Assembly (NCBI GenBank): GCA_050251875.1
Contig: JBFWMA010000004.1
Coordinates: 230,071-294,070, forward strand
Origin: Deferribacterales bacterium
GTDB taxonomy: Bacteria > Chrysiogenota > Deferribacteres > Deferribacterales > Geovibrionaceae
DNA: 64,000 nucleotides
Direction of reading: 5' to 3'
The translations under genes and the position numbers were made by a program. Below the pieces are notes generated by a model. It saw nothing but the letters and a program-made list of their open reading frames with translations. It did no database searches and was not told where the DNA came from. This document shows, piece after piece, positions 8,436-17,378 of the stretch. Numbering within the stretch: the first letter of the stretch is position 1; every line of letters begins with the position of its first letter.

Positions 8436-9869
8436 TTAATGTACGGAGCAGGCTGTGCAGGGGTCATAGCTTCTGATGATCCTGCCCACCTCTATAGAGT
8501 TGTCGGAGCTGTAAGCCACGGGAGCGCCTATGATGGATTTTTCCACCACGCCTTTCTTTCCGTTGCCTTCCGGACCGAAGTTCCATGTGCTTGGTACTAT
8601 CATGTTATATCTGGTGATCTTGCCGTTCTGCGCCTCAATCTGGTGGATGAGAGCGCCTCTGGCGGCGATTGAGAATCCTGTTCCTCTGCCGGATACTTTT
8701 TTGGAGAAATCCACCTGATGGATGGTGGGTTCGCCGAATCTGTATGAGTCCAGCAGGTTATACATGTGATCCAGAAGCATACGGCATTCCGCCGCTCTGG
8801 CGACATGTCTTGCCATGGTGGATGACTGTATGGGGGCTTTCATATCTCCCATCAGTTTTTTGAAGTAGGCGTTGTCGTCCACAATCATTCTGGCGAGAGG
8901 TCCGACCTCTACCGCCTCTCCCTTATATCTGGGTGATTTTGTCCAGCTGTAGGCGCCCTGTTTTTCAGGATCAGGATTGCCCTGAGCGTTGTAGAAAGAC
9001 TTGTCGTAATATTCTTTTACGTTTTCGAAAGAAAATTTTTCCTTGTTTCCGTTCAGAAGGATTCCGCCTTTGAACAGAGGATTGCCCAGAGATTTGAAGG
9101 TCTGGTTGGCGTAGAAGTTGTTGTAGCTTACTCCTATCCTGAAGTATTCGGGAAAATGCTTGGCGACTGTCATCACATCGGGGATATAGCAGTTGACGGT
9201 AAAATTTTTCACCGCTTCGAGCACCTTGTGATAATACATAAGTTTGTCCGGCGTGATGTCTGTTGTGACGCCGCCGGGCAGGATCGCGTGGGCGAAGGGC
9301 GCTTTAGCGCCGATGAGAGCCATTCCGGATGCCCCCATGCTTCTGATCTTCAGCGCCTGAAAATAATTGGCGACTATCCCCAGCGCTGTGGAAGTGTTGG
9401 TGATGTAGTTGCCCTGGTTGCGCTTCAGAACGAACTGGGGCTTGGTTTTGGCGACCCAGTTTTTCAGAGAAAGTATGTTGGTGTCATTCCCGCTGTAATT
9501 AAGAATCTGAGTAAAATCAACAAAATCCGGTACTGAAAGTGTGTAGAAATGGAGAAAGTGGTCTGTAATGAGGTGCAGACCGAGGATCATGTCCCGGAGT
9601 ATGTTTCCGTTCTTTGGAGATGGATTTTTATAAAGCTCCTCCAGAGCAAGAACAGAAGCAACGCCGTGAACTTCATGGCAGACGCCGCAGACCCTCTGGG
9701 CTATCCTTGCCGCGTCAACCGGATGTCTGTTTTCCAGGAATTTCTCGAATCCCCTATACATTTGGCCGCTAATAAATACATCGGTCACCTTGCCGTTTTC
9801 AACTTCCGTATCAACTTTAAGATGCCCCTCTATCCTCGTCAGCGGCTCAATGGCTATGTTCTTTGACAT
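8436..9869 (-). CDS. [NiFe]-hydrogenase large subunit (group 1-like)
   Basis: TRIEGH, L1 RVCGVC, L2 DPCTACSVH at the very C-terminus. Start ATG 9869 with GGAGG. Confidence 0.95.
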   Translation of the reverse strand: MSKNIAIEPLTRIEGHLKVDTEVENGKVTDVFISGQMYRGFEKFLENRHPVDAARIAQRVCGVCHEVHGVASVLALEELYKNPSPKNGNILRDMILGLHLITDHFLHFYTLSVPDFVDFTQILNYSGNDTNILSLKNWVAKTKPQFVLKRNQGNYITNTSTALGIVANYFQALKIRSMGASGMALIGAKAPFAHAILPGGVTTDITPDKLMYYHKVLEAVKNFTVNCYIPDVMTVAKHFPEYFRIGVSYNNFYANQTFKSLGNPLFKGGILLNGNKEKFSFENVKEYYDKSFYNAQGNPDPEKQGAYSWTKSPRYKGEAVEVGPLARMIVDDNAYFKKLMGDMKAPIQSSTMARHVARAAECRMLLDHMYNLLDSYRFGEPTIHQVDFSKKVSGRGTGFSIAARGALIHQIEAQNGKITRYNMIVPSTWNFGPEGNGKKGVVEKSIIGAPVAYSSDNSIEVGRIIRSYDPCTACSVH

Positions 9870-10097
9870 ATGCGTGAGCCTCCAAATAATAAAGATGTCA
9901 CCACTCGTTAAAGATGATATTAGCACAAGCTCGAATTGATTGCTTACGAAATATTATAAAAATCAAACAAAAATTTTTATATGTTATGAATCCCGGTTAT
10001 TTCTATTAATTAAAATTGTGAAGGTTCTCAGTTAACTGTTGAGTAGGCGAGTGAAGTTTAGTATTATCAGTCAAATTATGTATGTTCGGAGCGAAAG

Positions 10098-11363
10098 ATG
10101 AATATTTTTGAGGAATCAAAACAATATATTCCCGGCGGAGTCAACAGCCCCGTGAGAGCCTTCGGTTCTGTGGGCGGCGACCCTGTGGTGGTTAAGAGCG
10201 CAAAAGGATCGAAAATATATTCCGAAGACGGAAAAGAATACATAGACTATGTCTGCTCATGGGGACCCATGATTACGGGTCACGCCGATGCTGACATTAT
10301 AGACGCCGTGAAAAAAGCGGCGGACATGGGAACCAGCTTCGGAGCGCCCACAAAGGCCGAGCTGGACATAGCGAAGATGATCTGCGGCATGGTTCCTTCC
10401 GTGGATATGGTTCGTCTGGTTTCCAGCGGCACAGAGGCGCTGATGAGCGCCATCCGTCTGGCGAGAGCCTATACCAAAAGGGACAAGATAATCAAATTTG
10501 AAGGGTGCTACCACGGACACTCCGACAGTCTTCTGGTTAAGGCGGGTTCAGGGCTTCTTACATTCAACCAGCCCTCCAGCCCCGGCGTGCCTGAGGATTT
10601 TGCCAAGCACACTCTGATAGCTCAATATAATGACATAGATTCCGTAAAAGCTCTGGCAAAGGAGAACAAGGGACAGATAGCCTGTCTTCTGGTTGAGCCT
10701 GTCGCCGGAAACATGGGACTTGTTCTGCCTAAGGACGGATTTCTCGCTGACCTCAGAAAGGTATGTGACGAAGAGGGCATAGTGCTTCTTTTCGATGAGG
10801 TTATCACGGGTTTCCGCATGGCGAAGGGCGGGGCTCAGGAGTTTTACGGAGTTACCCCCGACATCACCACTATGGGCAAGATAATCGGCGGAGGTCTCCC
10901 CGTGGGCGCTTTCGGCGGAAAGAGAGAGATCATGAGCATGATGTCTCCCATCGGACCCGTATATCAGGCGGGCACTCTCTCCGGAAACCCTCTGGCAACA
11001 GCGGCAGGAATCAGGATGCTGACAAAACTGTCTCAGCCAGGGTTTTATAAAGAGCTGAAAGCTAAGGCGGATGTGCTCTTTGACGGTTTTCAGGACAACT
11101 GTAAAAAGCTGGGGCTTAACTATGCCTTCAACCGTGTGGAATCGCTCTCATGCATGTTTTTTACAGACGGCAGGGTAGACAGCTTTTCAGACGCCATGAA
11201 ATCAGACACCAAAAAATACGCTAAATTTTTCCACGGCATGCTGGACAGAGGGATCAACGTTGCACCCAGCCAGTTCGAGGCGCTTTTCGTTTCGTCAGCG
11301 CACACAGCGGAAGATATCGAAAAAACCATCAAGGCTCATTACGAAAGCCTTAAAGCTATATAG
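10098..11363 (+). CDS. hemL: Glutamate-1-semialdehyde 2,1-aminomutase
   Basis: PGGVNSPVRAF, FEGCYHGH, FDEVITGFR, GKIIGGG, GTLSGNPL. Confidence 0.97.
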   Translation: MNIFEESKQYIPGGVNSPVRAFGSVGGDPVVVKSAKGSKIYSEDGKEYIDYVCSWGPMITGHADADIIDAVKKAADMGTSFGAPTKAELDIAKMICGMVPSVDMVRLVSSGTEALMSAIRLARAYTKRDKIIKFEGCYHGHSDSLLVKAGSGLLTFNQPSSPGVPEDFAKHTLIAQYNDIDSVKALAKENKGQIACLLVEPVAGNMGLVLPKDGFLADLRKVCDEEGIVLLFDEVITGFRMAKGGAQEFYGVTPDITTMGKIIGGGLPVGAFGGKREIMSMMSPIGPVYQAGTLSGNPLATAAGIRMLTKLSQPGFYKELKAKADVLFDGFQDNCKKLGLNYAFNRVESLSCMFFTDGRVDSFSDAMKSDTKKYAKFFHGMLDRGINVAPSQFEALFVSSAHTAEDIEKTIKAHYESLKAI

Positions 11364-11369
11364 GTTTTA

Positions 11370-11449
11370 CCTCCCTTTTTCAAAGGGAGGCAGGCGGGAT
11401 TTCTTGTTTTAAGAAATCTCCCCCAGCCCCTCTTTATAAAAGAGGGGAG
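11370..11449. repeat. REP-like palindromic repeat, family B, copy 2
   Basis: CCTCCCTTTTTCAAAGGGAGG...GGGATTTCTT..AAGAAATC..CCCCTCTTTATAAAAGAGGGG. Confidence 0.7.
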
Positions 11450-11463
11450 CAAGAGAGGATTAA

Positions 11464-11706
11464 ATGCCCAAAAAGAGAGATGTAGACAAGTATATAAAAA
11501 ATATGGCGAACGCAAGTTCAGTCGGGACATCGCTGGCGTTCAGCGTTATCATCGGCGGGGCGATGGGCTGGTGGCTGGATAAAACATTCGGCACAAAGCC
11601 GTGGCTGTTCCTTCTCTTCCTTATCTGCGGCATAATAGCCGGTTTTAAAAACATGATATATTTCATCAAAAAAACGGATCTTCTCGACGATGAAGATAGA
11701 AAATAA
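11464..11706 (+). CDS. AtpZ/AtpI (ATPase gene 1) family membrane protein
   Basis: GWWLDKTFGTKPWLFL motif; first gene of the F0 cluster. Confidence 0.88.
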   Translation: MPKKRDVDKYIKNMANASSVGTSLAFSVIIGGAMGWWLDKTFGTKPWLFLLFLICGIIAGFKNMIYFIKKTDLLDDEDRK

Positions 11707-12058
11707 AATATTAATTCTATCGTTGATTTTTTCCGCAATATTGTATACAGTATTCAGGCTTCTGTTTAAACCCGCGTTTGGTTATGGCTTTGGCGCCGGT
11801 TTTTTAGCAGGGGTGATAAACTTCCGGCTGCTCGCCGGTAGTGTCAGGGCGCTGTCAGAGTCGGGTTCCGGCGGGGGCAGGGTTCTGTTTTTTCAGCTTC
11901 GGCTGGCTGCCACGGCTTTTCTTCTGTGGTATGTGATAGCCGAGCTTAAAGTGAACATAATAGGCATACTGGTGGGTCTCTCTGTTTTGCCCGTGTGTGT
12001 GCTGCTTGTTGCGATATATAACAATATAAAGGGGAAGAAGAATGGAACACCCGCTTAA
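11690..12058 (+). CDS. atpI: ATP synthase protein I
   Basis: 122-aa, about four-TM protein directly upstream of atpB. Confidence 0.75.
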   Translation: MKIENKILILSLIFSAILYTVFRLLFKPAFGYGFGAGFLAGVINFRLLAGSVRALSESGSGGGRVLFFQLRLAATAFLLWYVIAELKVNIIGILVGLSVLPVCVLLVAIYNNIKGKKNGTPA

Positions 12059-12713
12059 CTTGTCCATGCTCTTCGGTATGGAATTTTCTCATAAGTACTG
12101 GCACGTCACCATGACATTCATCGTGGTCCTGCTTGTGCTTTATGTAGGCAGTTTTGCTCTGAAACACCGCTCAGAGGTTCCCGGCAGGGGACAGAACACT
12201 GTAGAGCTCCTTGTGAAAGGCGTCTATGGAATGTGCGATGACGTTATGGGGCATCACGGCAGACCTTACATACCTCTTATTTTCGGTATCGGTCTCTATG
12301 TAGCTTTTTCCAACCTGCTGGGTATTATCCCCGGCTTTATGGCTCCCACAGCCAACCTGAACTCCACAGCGGCTCCCGCTCTGGTTGTTTTCTTTGTTTA
12401 TCAGTACATCGGCTTTAAAAAGCACGGCGTACACTATATCAAGCATTTCCTCGGACCGGTGGGCTGGCTCGCTCCCCTGATGCTCATCATCGAGCTTATC
12501 GGACACTTCGCCAGACCTCTGTCGCTGTCCATGAGGCTTTTCGGTAACATCTTCGGTGAAGACCTCGTTATCATCATCCTCTTTATGCTTGTTCCTTTTC
12601 TGGTTCCGCTGCCCATGTTTTTCCTGGGTATATTCACATCCGTTCTTCAGGCGTATGTGTTTATGATGCTGTCTATGATCTATATCAGTGGTGCACTTGA
12701 AGAAGCACACTAA
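12042..12713 (+). CDS. atpB: ATP synthase F0 subunit a
   Basis: [18 protein letters not shown]. Confidence 0.97.
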   Translation: MEHPLNLSMLFGMEFSHKYWHVTMTFIVVLLVLYVGSFALKHRSEVPGRGQNTVELLVKGVYGMCDDVMGHHGRPYIPLIFGIGLYVAFSNLLGIIPGFMAPTANLNSTAAPALVVFFVYQYIGFKKHGVHYIKHFLGPVGWLAPLMLIIELIGHFARPLSLSMRLFGNIFGEDLVIIILFMLVPFLVPLPMFFLGIFTSVLQAYVFMMLSMIYISGALEEAH

Positions 12714-12739
12714 GAGATATAACTTTTATGGAGGACAAA

Positions 12740-13060
12740 ATGTCTAAGCTTGTAAGAATCGTTCTTTCTGTAGCTGCTCTTTTCGCAGTTGCAAGCGTAG
12801 CTTCCGCCGCAGAAGGCGAAGTTGCTGCTGACACAGCCCTTTGGGCAAAATACATCGGTGCAGGTCTTGCTATCGGTGTTGCAGCTCTTGGTACAGGTAT
12901 TGGCCAGGGTAACGCTATTAAAGGTGCCGTTGAAGGTATTTCCCGTAACCCCAGCGCTGCTGGTAAAATCTCTTCAACAATGATCATCGGTCTTGCTCTG
13001 ATCGAGTCACTTGCTATTTACGCACTTGTTGTAGCTCTTATCCTTCTCTTCGTAGTTTAA
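12740..13060 (+). CDS. atpE: ATP synthase F0 subunit c
   Basis: GAGLAIG..GIGQG, SRNP loop, [10 protein letters not shown] 12740 has GGAGG upstream. Confidence 0.96.
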   Translation: MSKLVRIVLSVAALFAVASVASAAEGEVAADTALWAKYIGAGLAIGVAALGTGIGQGNAIKGAVEGISRNPSAAGKISSTMIIGLALIESLAIYALVVALILLFVV

Positions 13061-13079
13061 TAGCTTACAAAAACAAATT

Positions 13080-13107
13080 AAAGGCGGACAACAGTCCGCC
13101 TTTTTTC
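13080..13107 (+). terminator. Intrinsic terminator after atpE
   Basis: AAAGGCGGAC/GTCCGCCTTTTTT. Confidence 0.8.
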
Positions 13108-13134
13108 CAACCAATGAATCGTTAGGGGGTTGCC

Positions 13135-14634
13135 ATGTGGCAAAAGCTGAAAGAGTTTAGCAAAAATGATCCTCTTATCTTCACAATCATTCTCGCTGTA
13201 ATTATCGTAGCAGGCGGTTTCGGTTCCGTTCAGATGATGCACATGACAAGCACAGCAAAGTTCTGTAAAACCTGCCACCCTAAAGAGAGTGCTGAAGTAA
13301 GAGGCGAGTACTATACCTATCGTATAGGTATCCACAGCGAGGCCGGCGTAAGCTGTCTCGACTGTCACGGAGCGCCGGGAATGCAGGGCTATCTTCAGGC
13401 CCACGTTGTAGCCGGTATGAGAAGTATGTATCATGAGCTCTTCACATCAGAAGAGCAGGTAGTGAAAGATCTCACAGAGTTCGCTTCTGATCCTGAGAAA
13501 GCCGCTCACGCCGCTTCTCTGGACTCCTGCATATTCTGTCACTCAGACGCTGCGAACGCAGACATGCGCCGCAACAGAGTGATAAAAATCGCAGGCGAAT
13601 TCAGAGCCATTGACGAAGTAATCAACCCCGCTTACCGCAAGGAATTCGGGAGACCTGATATAATGACAGAAGGCACTATAGCCGGTGTCGATCCTAACCA
13701 CGCTGCCCACATGAAAGCAGGCGTAACCTGCTTCAACTGCCACTTAGGCATTGGTCACAGCGGTGTTAAAGATCACAAACCCGCTATGGAAACATGCTTT
13801 AAATGTCACGATGAAGTCAGAAAAGATGTCAAAGTTCCCGCAAACGAAGACTGCGCGGCATGTCACACCATGCAGAAAGGCGTTCAGCAGGGAACATATG
13901 TCAAAGCTGTGCAGGGCGATGCATGGTATATGGCTGACCTGAACTGTTCTGACTGCCACGACTCAGCATTTACCAGACCCACAGAAGAAAAATGCGCTAC
14001 TTGCCACGATGCTTCATATTCTCAGCTGATGAAAGATACTCAGGCTGACTATATGGCTAAGCTGAAAAAAGCTAAAGGCATCCGTGATAAATATCAGAAA
14101 TTCTTCCCCGGTATGGAAGAAGGCAAAAAAGAGCTTTACCTTGAAATGAAAAACATCCTCAGAGTTCTGGAGAACGAAGGCTCAAAAGGCGTTCACAACC
14201 CCGAATACTTCGACATGCTTTTCAGCAAAGTGGAAGAGCTTGAAACTGCCATCAAAACATGGACTCCTCCTGTTGTGGAAAAAGAAGAACACCACGCTGT
14301 AAAACACGAGGAAGCTAAAGAAGAGCCCAAAGAGGAAGCCGCTCCCGCAGGACCCGTGAACACTGCTGAAGATATGGCTATGCTTGAGGGATCAGAGAGC
14401 ATCAACCTGGCTGAGCGCCACGTTCCTACTCCCACTAAACCCGCTGTTATCTTCGACCACAAAGGACACGCCGAAAGAGTAGCATGCTCTGAGTGCCACA
14501 GCGAGCCCGGCGTTCTTAAGTTCGAGGTAAAAGAGGTTAAAGGCACTAAAAACGTTTTCCACGAGGAACTCTGCATTAAGTGTCACAAAGAGAAGAAAGT
14601 AAAAACTTCATGTAACAACTGTCACAAGAAGTAA
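13135..14634 (+). CDS. Membrane-anchored multiheme cytochrome c (11 CxxCH), NapC/NirT-like N-terminus
   Basis: N-terminal TM, then CKTCH, CLDCH, CIFCH, CFNCH, CFKCH, CAACH, CSDCH, CATCH, CSECH, CIKCH, CNNCH. Confidence 0.92.
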   Translation: MWQKLKEFSKNDPLIFTIILAVIIVAGGFGSVQMMHMTSTAKFCKTCHPKESAEVRGEYYTYRIGIHSEAGVSCLDCHGAPGMQGYLQAHVVAGMRSMYHELFTSEEQVVKDLTEFASDPEKAAHAASLDSCIFCHSDAANADMRRNRVIKIAGEFRAIDEVINPAYRKEFGRPDIMTEGTIAGVDPNHAAHMKAGVTCFNCHLGIGHSGVKDHKPAMETCFKCHDEVRKDVKVPANEDCAACHTMQKGVQQGTYVKAVQGDAWYMADLNCSDCHDSAFTRPTEEKCATCHDASYSQLMKDTQADYMAKLKKAKGIRDKYQKFFPGMEEGKKELYLEMKNILRVLENEGSKGVHNPEYFDMLFSKVEELETAIKTWTPPVVEKEEHHAVKHEEAKEEPKEEAAPAGPVNTAEDMAMLEGSESINLAERHVPTPTKPAVIFDHKGHAERVACSECHSEPGVLKFEVKEVKGTKNVFHEELCIKCHKEKKVKTSCNNCHKK

Positions 14635-14660
14635 CTTTAATCTCTCTGGCTTAACTAATC

Positions 14661-14688
14661 AAAAGGCGGTCTTATGACCGCCTTTTTT
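14661..14688 (+). terminator. Intrinsic terminator
   Basis: AAAAGGCGGTC-TTAT-GACCGCCTTTTTT. Confidence 0.8.
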
Positions 14689-14750
14689 GTTGTCATATGC
14701 GGTAGGTTGTATTAGAAATAGTTATTATTCGTTTTTTTGGAGGGTAGAGT

Positions 14751-15329
14751 ATGATAGACGCCAGAGGCATAGCCTGTCCCCAGCCCGTTCTGATGATGAA
14801 AGCCGAACTGGACAAGATAAAAGAGGGTGTTGTCACCATTCTGGTGGATAACAAGGGCTCAAGCATAAATGTAAAGAACTTCTGCGAATCTAACGGATGC
14901 ACAGTCACAGTGACAGAGAAGGACGGTGTTTTCAAAATAGACGCCGCCAAAGGATACACATGTGACGTGGTGGAAAAAGCCGAGAGCAAAGAGGCGAATA
15001 TAGTCGTCTTCATCTCCGGCGAGTGTGTGGGCAGCGAGGAGCCTGAGCTTGGCAAGGCACTGATGAAAGGCTTTATAGGAAACCTGAAAAACGTGACCCC
15101 TCTGCTGAAAACACTGATACTGGTGAACAACAGCGTGCGTTTTGTCACTGTGAACGAAGAGACAGTGCCCATGATACAGGAACTGGTGGATATGGGTGTT
15201 GAGGTGCTGGCGTGCGGCGCCTGCCTGAACTATTTCAATCTGGTGGATGATCTGAAAACCGGAAAAGTGACAGACGCTCACACAGTGGCATCCAGACTCT
15301 TTGCCGCTGACAAGGTCGTGAGGCTATAA
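14751..15329 (+). CDS. yedF: Sulfurtransferase-like selenium metabolism protein (TusA/SirA + DsrE domains)
   Basis: IDARGIACPQPV TusA motif; C-terminal DsrE-like ACGACLNYF. Confidence 0.85.
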   Translation: MIDARGIACPQPVLMMKAELDKIKEGVVTILVDNKGSSINVKNFCESNGCTVTVTEKDGVFKIDAAKGYTCDVVEKAESKEANIVVFISGECVGSEEPELGKALMKGFIGNLKNVTPLLKTLILVNNSVRFVTVNEETVPMIQELVDMGVEVLACGACLNYFNLVDDLKTGKVTDAHTVASRLFAADKVVRL

Positions 15330-15384
15330 ATATATTGAAAGCGGAATATAAACAGTTATATTTATGTAAAAACGAGGGTGAAAA

Positions 15385-16062
15385 TTGTTTCCGTTAAAAG
15401 ATTCAATACCTTCGTCCAGATTTCCATACGTTAACTGGGCGATAATTCTGCTGAATATCTTTATTTTCGCGCGTATGCTGAATATGCCGGAGCAGGCTGA
15501 GAACAATATGATCTTCCAGCTCGGGCTGATCCCTAAGCGTGTTTTTGTGGAGAGCGGGCTTCTGACATTTTCTGACAGAGTCATTCCATTCTTCACATCC
15601 ATGTTCATGCACGGCGGATTCATGCATATCATAGGTAACATGTACTTTCTGTATATCTTCGGCGACAACGTGGAGGACAGACTGGGACATGGAAAATATC
15701 TTATAATGTATATACTCTTCGGGCTGGCTGCCGCCTGTTCGCAGGTGGTTCTGTTTCCCGATTCGATAGTTCCCATGATAGGAGCCAGCGGAGCTGTGGC
15801 GGGCGTCATGGGGGCATATATGGTCTTTTACCCGAAAGCAAGGGTTAAAACTCTGGTGATAATCATAATCTTCATCACCATAGTGGATATCCCCGCCGTG
15901 TTTTTCCTGCTGTTGTGGTTCTTTATGCAGTTCATAAACGGAGCCGGAGCGGGACACGGGGGCGTGGCATGGTGGGCGCACATAGGCGGTTTCATCGCCG
16001 GGCTGTTATATGCCGTGACACAGGTCAGAAACAGAAACATAGAAGATTACCAGATAATTTGA
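15385..16062 (+). CDS. Rhomboid intramembrane serine protease
   Basis: FMHGGFMHIIGNM, GASGA, AHIGGF. Confidence 0.93.
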   Translation: MFPLKDSIPSSRFPYVNWAIILLNIFIFARMLNMPEQAENNMIFQLGLIPKRVFVESGLLTFSDRVIPFFTSMFMHGGFMHIIGNMYFLYIFGDNVEDRLGHGKYLIMYILFGLAAACSQVVLFPDSIVPMIGASGAVAGVMGAYMVFYPKARVKTLVIIIIFITIVDIPAVFFLLLWFFMQFINGAGAGHGGVAWWAHIGGFIAGLLYAVTQVRNRNIEDYQII

Positions 16063-16072
16063 GGGGGCGAGA

Positions 16073-16297
16073 ATGTGCTTGGGATTTCCCGGAAAGATAA
16101 TCGAGCTGGATGAGTTCGGAGCTATAGTGGACATAGGCGGAACAAAACGTGACGTATCCACCATGATGCTTCCCGATGAGGTGGTTGTGGGCGACTGGGT
16201 GATGGTTCACGCCGGAATGGCTATAGCCAAGATGGACGAGGAAGAGGCGGAAAAAACATTGCAGGTTTTAAGGGAACTCGCTGATGAACTTGATTGA
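16073..16297 (+). CDS. hypC: Hydrogenase maturation chaperone
   Basis: MCLGFPGKI, GDWVMVHAG. Confidence 0.95.
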   Translation: MCLGFPGKIIELDEFGAIVDIGGTKRDVSTMMLPDEVVVGDWVMVHAGMAIAKMDEEEAEKTLQVLRELADELD

Positions 16298-17363
16298 GGG
16301 ATTCAGAGATAAAGATATCTGCAAAAATCTGATAAAACAGATACATAAAGAGGCTGTGAAAGACAGCTACCGTTTTATGGAAGTCTGCGGAAGCCACACC
16401 ATGGCGATCGCCAGACTGGGCATCAGAAGCCTGCTGCCGGAAAACGTGGCGCTGATATCCGGACCCGGATGTCCTGTGTGCGTTACTCCCCAAAGCGAGA
16501 TAGACGGAGTTTTCCGTCTGGCTGAAAAGGGTGCAGTGATAACCACTTTCGGCGATATGATGAAAGTCCCCGGAAAACAGGGCGAAAACCTGATTCAGCT
16601 GAAAAGCGCCGGAGCGGATATCAGAGTGGTGTTTTCTCCGCTGGACAGCATTCAGGTGGCAAAGGACACGGGAAAAGAGACTGTGTTCATCGGCATCGGT
16701 TTCGAGACCACAGCCCCCGCTGTGGCGTCTCTGGCTTTGACAGCAAAAGCGCAGGGGATAAAGAACCTCTCCATCACGCCTTATAACAAAACAATGCCGG
16801 AGGTCTTAGACCTTCTGATTCAGGATAAAAACCTGAATATAAACGGATTCGTCTGCCCGGGACACGTCACCGTGATAACCGGAACGTCACTCTATCAGCC
16901 TATGGTGGAGAACGGAATGGCGGCGGTCATCACCGGTTTCGAGCCTGTGGACGTGCTGGCGTCTGTTCTGGAGATGGTCAGACAGGTGAACAGCGGAGAA
17001 TACAGCATAAAGAACATGTACGGGCGGGTGGTGACCGAAGACGGCAACCCGAAGGCCAGACAGATTCTGGATACCGTATATGAGAAGAAGGGCTGTAACT
17101 GGCGGGGAATAGGATACATAGAAAACAGCGGTCTGGGATTCAGACCGGAATATAAAGAGTTCGATGCTTTCGACAGGTTCGGAGTGGATCTGGAGGGCGA
17201 TGACGAGATGCCCGGATGCAGATGCGGAGATGTTCTGAAAGGATACATCCGCCCGGACGCCTGTCCTCTTTTCGGCAGCGCCTGCACGCCCATGAACCCT
17301 GTGGGTCCATGCATGGTCTCATCAGAAGGCTCCTGCGCCGCCACATACAAATACGGAATATGA
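16284..17363 (+). CDS. hypD: Hydrogenase maturation protein
   Basis: MEVCGSHT, GPGCPVC, GFETT, PGHV, C-terminal Cys cluster and CMVSSEGSC. Confidence 0.96.
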   Translation: MNLIEGFRDKDICKNLIKQIHKEAVKDSYRFMEVCGSHTMAIARLGIRSLLPENVALISGPGCPVCVTPQSEIDGVFRLAEKGAVITTFGDMMKVPGKQGENLIQLKSAGADIRVVFSPLDSIQVAKDTGKETVFIGIGFETTAPAVASLALTAKAQGIKNLSITPYNKTMPEVLDLLIQDKNLNINGFVCPGHVTVITGTSLYQPMVENGMAAVITGFEPVDVLASVLEMVRQVNSGEYSIKNMYGRVVTEDGNPKARQILDTVYEKKGCNWRGIGYIENSGLGFRPEYKEFDAFDRFGVDLEGDDEMPGCRCGDVLKGYIRPDACPLFGSACTPMNPVGPCMVSSEGSCAATYKYGI

Positions 17364-17378
17364 TTTTCGGAGACTAAC

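Noticed and set aside
8436..9869. [NiFeSe] hydrogenase
   Set aside because: The L2 motif is DPCTAC with an ordinary Cys codon and there is no in-frame TGA.
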